Shown piece by piece: positions 1 through 6,691 of a stretch of DNA of 20,786 nt. Source of the stretch: an uncultured Eubacteriales bacterium (lineage in GTDB: Bacteria > Bacillota > Clostridia > TANB77 > RGIG9151); assembly GCA_964475435.1 (NCBI GenBank), contig CAYYWT010000014.1, positions 1-20,786 of the forward strand, read 5' to 3'. A program made the translations under genes and the position numbers. Under the pieces are notes generated by a model. It saw only the letters and a list, made by a program, of their open reading frames with translations, was not told the DNA's origin and made no database searches. Positions within the stretch are counted from its first letter, which is position 1, and every line of letters starts with the position of its first letter.

Positions 1-19
1 AAAGCCTTAGCCTTTTTTT
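1..19. terminator. Possible arm plus T-tract of an intrinsic, probably bidirectional, terminator truncated by the window edge
   Basis: GCCTTAGCC is followed by T7 (13-19) on the + strand. On the - strand the same bases read A7-GGCTAAGGC, which would be the first arm of a hairpin whose partner lies beyond position 1. This cannot be confirmed inside the window. Confidence 0.3.
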
Positions 20-45
20 ATTCACTATTTTCTTCTATAACTGGA

Positions 46-138
46 TTACCCCCCCCCATTTACATTTTTTACCATTTTAAAATCGTACAAACGGCTTGAT
101 CTAGCCATTTTGCAAACTTCAACTTTTGGTAAAAACAT
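46..138 (-). CDS. Candidate small ORF (30 aa, MFLPKVEVCKMARSSRLYDFKMVKNVNGGG), unknown function
   Basis: ATG at 138..136 lies 8 nt after GAGAGGAGGT (156..147), the strongest SD match in the window. It sits 76 nt downstream of the deoB stop on the same strand and ends in the G9 tract plus TAA. I recognise no family. It was below the length cut-off of the supplied ORF track. Confidence 0.35.
   Translation of the reverse strand: MFLPKVEVCKMARSSRLYDFKMVKNVNGGG
49..57. repeat. C9 (+ strand) / G9 (- strand) homopolymer tract
   Basis: Counted directly: positions 49-57 are nine consecutive C. It is the longest G/C run I noticed by eye in this AT-rich window. On the - strand it encodes GGG GGG GGG immediately before the TAA at 48..46. 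Confidence 0.95.
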
Positions 139-214
139 AAGAGTAACCTCCTCTCAAATTAAAACTACTCGTTTTGATTATCGTCAAAAAGAAGTTGTAA
201 CTTAACTAGTACAT

Positions 215-1378
215 TTACAAAATACTTTCCCCATTACCTATTTCCTCTACACCTAAATACTTTAACACAGTAGCAGCAATATCCGTAAAACCGTGTCTTA
301 CTCCAAAATTCCTGTTTCCATCTATATTTTTTCCGTAAATTAAAAGCGGTATATATTCTCTAGTATGATCACATCCCGGAGTCGTTGGATCACACCCATG
401 GTCAGCTGTAATCATAAGTAAATCTTCGTCATTCATATTCTCTATAATCTCAGGAATTCTCGCATCAAATTCTTCTAAAGCATTAGCATATCCCAAAGCA
501 TCATTTCTATGTCCATACTTCATATCGAAATCAACTAAATTCGTAAATATCAACCCATTATTTACACTTTTCATATAGTCTAAAGTCTTATCAACTCCAT
601 CCATATTTCCTTTAGTATGTACAGCCTCAGTAATTCCAACTCCACAAAAAATATCCTCAATCTTTCCAACAGCAGCAACAGTAAGCCCGGCTTCTTTAAT
701 TTTATCTAACATACTTATACCTGTAGGTTTTATAGAATAATCTCGTCTATTAGATGTTCTTTCAAAATCTTTTTTATTAGTTCCAATAAACGGTCTAGCT
801 ATAACTCTAGCCACTTCCCTTTCGCCCTTTAACAATCTCCTTGCTACTTCACAAATTTTATATAATCTTTCAAGCCCAAAAGTTTCTTCATGCGCAAGTA
901 TTTGAAAATTACTATCAACCGGAGAGACATACACAATAGGATTTCCCGTTTTTAAATGTTCTTCCCCATATTCTTTCATAATATCAGTACCGGAACCGGC
1001 AACATTTCCGATTACACCATCTAATCCTGCTTCTCTAACAAATTCTTCTATAAACTCCTTATCCATTCCATTAGGATTTATTCTAAAAGGCGTTTTCGTT
1101 ACAATTCCCGACATTTCCCAATGCCCAACAGTAGTATCTTTACCAAGAGATTTTTCACTAAGTTTTCCGTAAATACCCAAAGTTCTCTCTACTTTTCCAA
1201 GTTCTGCATTTCCCTCTATATTAGCAATTCCCAACTTAATTAAATTAGGTATCTGAAAATTTCCTTTCGCTTTAGAAACATGCATCAATGTATTTGTTCC
1301 TACATCTCCAAAGTTTTTTGCATCAGGTAACTCTCCCATTCCCACACTATCCATAACTATTAAAATAACTCTTTTCAT
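215..1378 (-). CDS. deoB: Phosphopentomutase
   Basis: 387-aa ORF. The N-terminal MKRVILIVMDSVGMGELPDA and the C-terminal ITADHGCDPT...DHTREYIPLL are metal-site motifs typical of DeoB (alkaline-phosphatase superfamily). A GGAGGG SD lies 6 nt upstream of the ATG at 1378. Confidence 0.95.
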   Translation of the reverse strand: MKRVILIVMDSVGMGELPDAKNFGDVGTNTLMHVSKAKGNFQIPNLIKLGIANIEGNAELGKVERTLGIYGKLSEKSLGKDTTVGHWEMSGIVTKTPFRINPNGMDKEFIEEFVREAGLDGVIGNVAGSGTDIMKEYGEEHLKTGNPIVYVSPVDSNFQILAHEETFGLERLYKICEVARRLLKGEREVARVIARPFIGTNKKDFERTSNRRDYSIKPTGISMLDKIKEAGLTVAAVGKIEDIFCGVGITEAVHTKGNMDGVDKTLDYMKSVNNGLIFTNLVDFDMKYGHRNDALGYANALEEFDARIPEIIENMNDEDLLMITADHGCDPTTPGCDHTREYIPLLIYGKNIDGNRNFGVRHGFTDIAATVLKYLGVEEIGNGESIL

Positions 1379-1406
1379 TATATTCCCTCCATATCATTGT
1401 ATAATT

Positions 1407-1459
1407 AAAAAAGGACTGTAAAAAACTCGCTTTATGAAATTTTAGAGTTTTTACAGTCC
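1407..1459 (-). terminator. Intrinsic terminator downstream of xerD
   Basis: Inverted repeat GGACTGTAAAAAACTC (1413-1428) / GAGTTTTTACAGTCC (1445-1459) gives a ~15-bp stem with a 16-nt loop. It is flanked by A6 (1407-1412), which is a U-tract on the - strand transcript, and starts 11 nt after the xerD stop. Confidence 0.7.
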
Positions 1460-1469
1460 ATTCTATTTT

Positions 1470-2393
1470 TTAAGCTCTTGGATGATGCTTTTGATAAACT
1501 TCTTTTAACTTATTATTAGCAAGTTGAGCATAAATTTGTGTAGAAGAAATATCAGAATGACCAAGCATTTCTTGAATAGCTCTTAAATCCGCACCATTCT
1601 CTACTAAATGAGTAGCAAAAGAATGTCTTAACGTATGTGGAGTTATATCCATAGTAATTTTAGCTTGATTTTTATATTGTTTAATAATTTTCCAAAAACC
1701 TTGTCTTGTAAGTCTTCCACCATTAGTATTAACAAATAACGCAGTTTCATCATCAGTATGAATCATAGCATTTCTAGCTTCTTTCAAATAAGCCGAAATC
1801 GCGTTACAAGCAGTAGTTCCAACAGGTATAACACGTTCTTTATGAGCACTTCTACATTTAATAAATCCCATTTCCAAGTTAATATCTTCAAGATTTAAAT
1901 TAATAAGTTCAGAAACTCTTATACCGGTAGCATATAAAACTTCCAACATAGCCTTATCTCTATACCCTTTTAAATCAACACACTTAGGTTGTTCAAGCAA
2001 TAAGTTAACTTCACTTACAGACAAAACCTTAGGCAACTTTTTCTCCATTTTAGGAGACTCTAACCCTTCAGTCGGGTCTTCTTCAACCTCTTTCGTCCTA
2101 ACCATATATTGATAAAAAGAACGAATAGACGCTAAATTTCTCGAAATAGTAGAAGTAGCTTTACCTTGTTTTTGTAAATACATTAAATAAGTTATAATAT
2201 TAGTTTTATTTATATTTTTAAAATTTAAATTATTACTATCTATATACGACATATATTGGTCAATATCTCTTCTATATGATTGTAATGTATTATCCGACAA
2301 TTTTTTTTCATTTTGCAAGAAATTAATAAAACTCGATATGTTTTTATCCACAATACCATCCCTCTCTAAAAACGTTACGTTTAATTCTATCAT
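1470..2393 (-). CDS. xerD: Site-specific tyrosine recombinase XerD/XerC family (chromosome dimer resolution)
   Basis: The C-terminal catalytic box HTLRHSFATHLVENGADLRAIQEMLGHSDISSTQIY contains the catalytic Tyr. The N-terminal core-binding domain includes LSDNTLQSYRRDI. Adjacency to deoB matches the B. subtilis ripX(xerD)-drm(deoB) neighbourhood as I recall it. The ATG at 2393 has no SD; the in-frame GTG at 2351, preceded by GAGAGGGA, is a plausible alternative start. Confidence 0.88.
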   Translation of the reverse strand: MIELNVTFLERDGIVDKNISSFINFLQNEKKLSDNTLQSYRRDIDQYMSYIDSNNLNFKNINKTNIITYLMYLQKQGKATSTISRNLASIRSFYQYMVRTKEVEEDPTEGLESPKMEKKLPKVLSVSEVNLLLEQPKCVDLKGYRDKAMLEVLYATGIRVSELINLNLEDINLEMGFIKCRSAHKERVIPVGTTACNAISAYLKEARNAMIHTDDETALFVNTNGGRLTRQGFWKIIKQYKNQAKITMDITPHTLRHSFATHLVENGADLRAIQEMLGHSDISSTQIYAQLANNKLKEVYQKHHPRA

Positions 2394-2447
2394 TTATTAA
2401 AAATTTATTCAAGCTATTTATGTAAATTCGTTTGAAAAATTTTTTCA

Positions 2448-3692
2448 TTAATAATCGCTTCCCAAAATTACAGTCACATCTACTTTAGAATTACTGTCAT
2501 ATTCCTCTTTTACAGTGCCTTTACCTAAAAACTTCTTTATTTCTTTAGCATATTCATTGTCAGTTTTATTAATTATAGTAGTTTTTATACTGTCAGTATT
2601 ACCATTATTCCCGATTTTAGTAACATTATAACCTTCTTCTTTTAATTTTGTAGCAACAGAATTCGCAAGACCATTTCTAGTAGTTCCGTTTAACACCTCA
2701 ACTTTAATCTCAGACTTCTTCTTTTCCGTTGTAGTATTTAAAGCCGAAGTAGTTATAGCTGAATCGTCATTTGTAACATCATCTTCTATCACATCATCAT
2801 TTATAAATAATTCATCAACAAGCTTTTTGGTTTTCTCAACATCATGTACAAAGTAAGAAATATTATCTATGTACTTACCTTCTCCGGGTAATGTTTCAAT
2901 TCTAAGTTTAGAAGTATCAAAATTCTTAACATCATCTAAATATCCTAAAATCTCACCAAACGTAATATCCGTCTTTACAGACTCCAATCCAAGTTTTATC
3001 AAATCACCGATCTTTAGTAAAGTAGCAGGTTTTAACACTTCAGCAACTGCCGCTTTAATAAATTTTTGTTGTGTTTCAACCCTTTGGACATCTCCCAAAG
3101 GATAACCAGAACCGTCATTATTTTTTCTAAATCTTATAAATTGTTCCGCTTTCTTACCATCTAAAACCTGGTAACCTTTTTTTAGATTTATATGTAAATC
3201 TTGTTCATTATCATCATATTCCATATCAAACGGTACATCCATTGGAATTCCGCCAATAGCATCTACCATTTTTCTAACAGCTCCGGTATCTAATAAAACA
3301 TAGTTATCTACCGAAATCCCTGTTAATTCTTTAACTTTTTCCTCTAAATAACTTATATCTCGTTTTTTAGTAGCATATGCAGAATTTATCTTTCCATCAG
3401 CAGTACCTACAACCTTTGTATCTCTAGGTATAGACATAGCATTAACTCTGCCGGTTTTAGGATTATATTTAGCTAACATAATAAAGTCAGTAAGAGGGCC
3501 ATCAGGATGAAGACCGGCAATTAAAACAGTTTTCGTCTCTTTATCTTCTTTTCCTTCCTCCCCAATATTAGTTAAATCTCCTAGTTCTTTGCCGGAAATT
3601 TTCGCATATAAAATTACAGAACCAAACACAATCCCCACAAATACAAACAATATCAGCACAAATTTAACAACCAATTTTATAAATTCTTTCAA
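2448..3692 (-). CDS. LytR-CpsA-Psr (LCP) family cell-wall polymer ligase with C-terminal LytR_C-like domain
   Basis: It has an N-terminal TM helix (FVLILFVFVGIVFGSVILYA), an LCP core (LIAGLHPDG...TDFIMLAKYNP...SIPRDT) and a C-terminal IKVEVLNGTTRNGLANSVATKLKEEGYNV module. The track start at 3707 is TTG. I prefer the TTG at 3692, which lies 8 nt after GGAGG (3705..3701). Either start gives the same protein body. Confidence 0.85.
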   Translation of the reverse strand: MKEFIKLVVKFVLILFVFVGIVFGSVILYAKISGKELGDLTNIGEEGKEDKETKTVLIAGLHPDGPLTDFIMLAKYNPKTGRVNAMSIPRDTKVVGTADGKINSAYATKKRDISYLEEKVKELTGISVDNYVLLDTGAVRKMVDAIGGIPMDVPFDMEYDDNEQDLHINLKKGYQVLDGKKAEQFIRFRKNNDGSGYPLGDVQRVETQQKFIKAAVAEVLKPATLLKIGDLIKLGLESVKTDITFGEILGYLDDVKNFDTSKLRIETLPGEGKYIDNISYFVHDVEKTKKLVDELFINDDVIEDDVTNDDSAITTSALNTTTEKKKSEIKVEVLNGTTRNGLANSVATKLKEEGYNVTKIGNNGNTDSIKTTIINKTDNEYAKEIKKFLGKGTVKEEYDSNSKVDVTVILGSDY

Positions 3693-3709
3693 AGCTAAAA
3701 CCTCCAATA

Positions 3710-4282
3710 TTAGTTACATCTCTCCTTAGCCGCATTTAACGCATCTATACTTTGAGGATGAATATTTTTACCTACTTGTTTTACATTTTCCATACAGTAT
3801 TCAAGCGACATAACAAGAGCTTTATCAAGATTAACAAAAGCCATTTCACGTATAGGTTCTAATCCTTCTAATGTTCTTCCTTCTTCTATCAAATCAGAAA
3901 TATATAAAATCTTATCTAAATCAGTCATCTTTTCATTCGCTAAAGTATGAAAACGTATACTTTCGACTATTTCATCACTAACATTAAACTTTTTCTTCGC
4001 AATATCAGCTCCAACATCAGAATGTAGAATACCCGGAGACTGTAATTTTATTTCATCAACTTCTATACCATTATCTTGGCAATATTTCACAAGTTCCTCA
4101 TTAGACATATTTTTAGCACAATCATGGAGTAATCCGGCAATTTGCGCTTCTTCTTCGTTAACATTATAATGTTTAGCAAGTTTTTGCGCCATCTCCATAA
4201 CTCCTAGAGAATGTTTAAACCTTTTCTCTTGTAATCTTTCTTTTAAAAACGCTATTATTTCAGTTTCTAATTTCTTATCCAA
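3710..4282 (-). CDS. yqeK: HD-domain phosphohydrolase of YqeK type (bis(5'-nucleosyl)-tetraphosphatase family)
   Basis: The sequence HSLGVMEMAQKLAKHYNVNEEEAQIAGLLHDCAK contains the H...HD metal motif in the arrangement typical of YqeK. The TTG start at 4282 lies 2 nt after the cvpA stop and is preceded by GAAGGGAAG. Confidence 0.85.
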   Translation of the reverse strand: MDKKLETEIIAFLKERLQEKRFKHSLGVMEMAQKLAKHYNVNEEEAQIAGLLHDCAKNMSNEELVKYCQDNGIEVDEIKLQSPGILHSDVGADIAKKKFNVSDEIVESIRFHTLANEKMTDLDKILYISDLIEEGRTLEGLEPIREMAFVNLDKALVMSLEYCMENVKQVGKNIHPQSIDALNAAKERCN

Positions 4283-4284
4283 TT

Positions 4285-4905
4285 TTATTTCTTCCCTTCA
4301 CTCGAATCTTTATCTATTAACTCTAGATTACCTACATATGCAAATATCTCGTCAGTAACATTTGGTACAAAAGAATTAATCGTACTGCCAATCTTTGAAT
4401 TAGGTAATTCAACTTTTATCGGCTCTAATGTAGAAATCGGCAACCAATTTATAACCAACATAAGCAAGTAAGTAATAACTATTCCTTCCGCCATTCCCGC
4501 AATAATTCCGCCAATTTTATTAATCTCATTTAATATCGGTAATTTCACAATGTTATTTAATATAGAAAAAGCAATTGAAAAAAGTATTTTTAATAAAATA
4601 AATAAAACAACAATAGACAAAACGTTTATCACTCTTAAAACTATACTATGTAACATTTCATCAGTCATTATAGAAACCGCTTTATTAAATATTTCGGAAT
4701 GACTATATACAAAATCTAATATAACAATATCTAATTTAAAATTGCTTACAACAAATTGAGAAAAAATCGGAGTAAGTAAAACTGAAAAATAAGCAATCGC
4801 TATCCATTGAACCAAACTAAATATTGTACCTAAAATTCCTCTATAATACCCTAAAATCATAAATATACCAACTATTATCAAAATAGCTATATCTATCTTA
4901 TTCAT
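4285..4905 (-). CDS. cvpA: CvpA-family integral membrane protein
   Basis: The start MNKIDIAILIIVGIFMILGYYRGILGTIFSLV is typical of the CvpA family, and there are several TM helices. An AGGAGA SD precedes it. The start codon overlaps the prmC stop (ATGA at 4905..4902). Confidence 0.75.
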   Translation of the reverse strand: MNKIDIAILIIVGIFMILGYYRGILGTIFSLVQWIAIAYFSVLLTPIFSQFVVSNFKLDIVILDFVYSHSEIFNKAVSIMTDEMLHSIVLRVINVLSIVVLFILLKILFSIAFSILNNIVKLPILNEINKIGGIIAGMAEGIVITYLLMLVINWLPISTLEPIKVELPNSKIGSTINSFVPNVTDEIFAYVGNLELIDKDSSEGKK

Positions 4906-5747
4906 AACTTTTCTCCTATTCTAGCTATTATTGCACGCGTATTTTTGGAATAATCCTTCACAAATTCAATTACCTCATAGCCATTTTTAACTAATATTTC
5001 TTCCACGCTTTTAGACTGATTATAACCAAACTCAAGTACCAAATATCCCGTAGAATTAAAATAACACTTAGCTTCCTGAATAATTCTTCTATAAAACATC
5101 AGCCCATCTTCTCCACCGTCTAACGCGATAATTGGTTCATTTTGCACATCTCTAGCCAAACTTTTAATTTCTTTACTCGGAATATATGGAGGATTAGAAA
5201 CAATTATGTCGAATTTATTTTCTCCTAAATTCTCAAACAAATTCGAATTGATAAATTTAATATCAACCTCATTTATCTCAGCATTTTTCTTAGCAACTTC
5301 TAAAGCCTTATCACTTATATCAACTGCACAAAGCAAAACATCTTTCATTTCTTTTTTTAAGGTCACGGCTATGCAACCGGAACCTGTACATAAATCAAGT
5401 ATACTGTTAGGCCTTATCCTTTTAGAAAGTTCAATAACCTTTTCAACCCAAACTTCAGTATCAGAACGAGGAACTAGCACAGCCTCATTTACCAAAAATT
5501 CATATCCAAAGAAATAACAATTTCCAATTATGTACTGAAAAGGTTCTCCTAAAATACGTCTATTAATTAAAGTTTCAAAGCATTGCTTATCAGCATCATT
5601 TACCTCTTCGTCAATATGTATCATAACCCATTCTAAACTTTTATTAAGTACTTTCGAAAGCAAAATTCTCGCTTCATAAAGATTATTTTCAATCCCTATA
5701 TCCTTAAGCCTTTCCTTAGCCTCATTCAAAACATTAATTATCTTCAT
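4902..5747 (-). CDS. prmC: Peptide chain release factor N5-glutamine methyltransferase
   Basis: It has SAM motif I (ILDLCTGSGCIAV) and the catalytic NPPY (IIVSNPPYIP). The length of 281 aa and the EPFQYIIG motif are typical of PrmC/HemK. An AAGGGGG SD precedes it, and the start lies 14 nt inside the preceding gene. Confidence 0.9.
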   Translation of the reverse strand: MKIINVLNEAKERLKDIGIENNLYEARILLSKVLNKSLEWVMIHIDEEVNDADKQCFETLINRRILGEPFQYIIGNCYFFGYEFLVNEAVLVPRSDTEVWVEKVIELSKRIRPNSILDLCTGSGCIAVTLKKEMKDVLLCAVDISDKALEVAKKNAEINEVDIKFINSNLFENLGENKFDIIVSNPPYIPSKEIKSLARDVQNEPIIALDGGEDGLMFYRRIIQEAKCYFNSTGYLVLEFGYNQSKSVEEILVKNGYEVIEFVKDYSKNTRAIIARIGEKL

Positions 5748-6672
5748 CTATTGCCCCCTTTAATGCAGTAATAGCAATAAATATTTGAAGATCATCAGGC
5801 TCTTTTGTAGTAAAACATTGAAACCACATTCCCGGCATAGCTAAAGCTCTTCCAATTTTTCCTTTTAACATACCGAAAAAGCTTATAATTTCATAAGAAA
5901 TACCGGCAACAACAGGAAGTAACACAATTCTTTCAAGTATTGTAAGAATTAAATTATCCGATTTAAAAAATGCAAAAACAACAATACTTATAAGCATAAC
6001 AATAAATATAAAGCTCGTACCGCATCTTGGATGAAATCTTGAATACTTCTTTACATTTTCAACCGTCAATTCTTCTCCGGCTTCAAAGCAATTAATAGTT
6101 TTATGCTCAGCTCCATGATACTCAAATACCCTTTTAATATCTTTCAACAAAGAAATTAAAAATAGATATATAAAGAATAACGCTATTCTCATTCCACCTT
6201 CAATAACATTAAACCATATTCTGTCATTTACATCAACATTATTAAAAAACAAACTGGCTACAAAAGTAGGAAGAACAAAAAACACAGCAATACAAAATAT
6301 TATAGCAAGCAATAACGATACAAAAACCACCCAACCTTGCTGTCTATCAATTTTTGCTCTATTTTCTACAGATATTTCTTCTTCTTTAGAAACAACAAAT
6401 CTATCCTCTGTATTTTTTTCTTCCATATCAAAATAGTCCGCTGAATAAATCAATGTCTTCATACCTAAAGCCATTGATTCAAAAAACGCCACAATACCTC
6501 TTAATATAGGCAAATTTAAAATTTTAATTTTATCTTTAACAGAAGAAACATCTCCTTTATCTAAAACAACATTACCGTTATATTTTTTAATTGCCACCGC
6601 ATATTTTTTAGGACCTCTCATCATAACTCCCTCAATAACAGCTTGTCCACCTATCTTTGGCTTCTTTCCCAT
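5734..6672 (-). CDS. DUF1385 (YqhQ-like) membrane protein, function unknown
   Basis: It carries GGQAVIEGVMMRG near the N-terminus, then YHGAEHKTINCFE and HPRCGTSF motifs, plus several TM helices. The family commonly neighbours prmC in Firmicutes. The track start at 6705 is TTG with no SD. The ATG at 6672 lies 9 nt after AAGGAG (6687..6682), so I use 6672. Confidence 0.85.
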   Translation of the reverse strand: MGKKPKIGGQAVIEGVMMRGPKKYAVAIKKYNGNVVLDKGDVSSVKDKIKILNLPILRGIVAFFESMALGMKTLIYSADYFDMEEKNTEDRFVVSKEEEISVENRAKIDRQQGWVVFVSLLLAIIFCIAVFFVLPTFVASLFFNNVDVNDRIWFNVIEGGMRIALFFIYLFLISLLKDIKRVFEYHGAEHKTINCFEAGEELTVENVKKYSRFHPRCGTSFIFIVMLISIVVFAFFKSDNLILTILERIVLLPVVAGISYEIISFFGMLKGKIGRALAMPGMWFQCFTTKEPDDLQIFIAITALKGAIDEDN

Positions 6673-6691
6673 AACAGCACACTCCTTTAAT

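Noticed and set aside
1470-2393. The tyrosine recombinase as a marker of an integrated phage or mobile element.
   Set aside because: The sequence fits housekeeping XerD/XerC, with a SAM-like core-binding domain and the canonical catalytic box. The gene sits next to deoB as in B. subtilis. There are no flanking phage genes, att-like direct repeats or tRNA target in the window.
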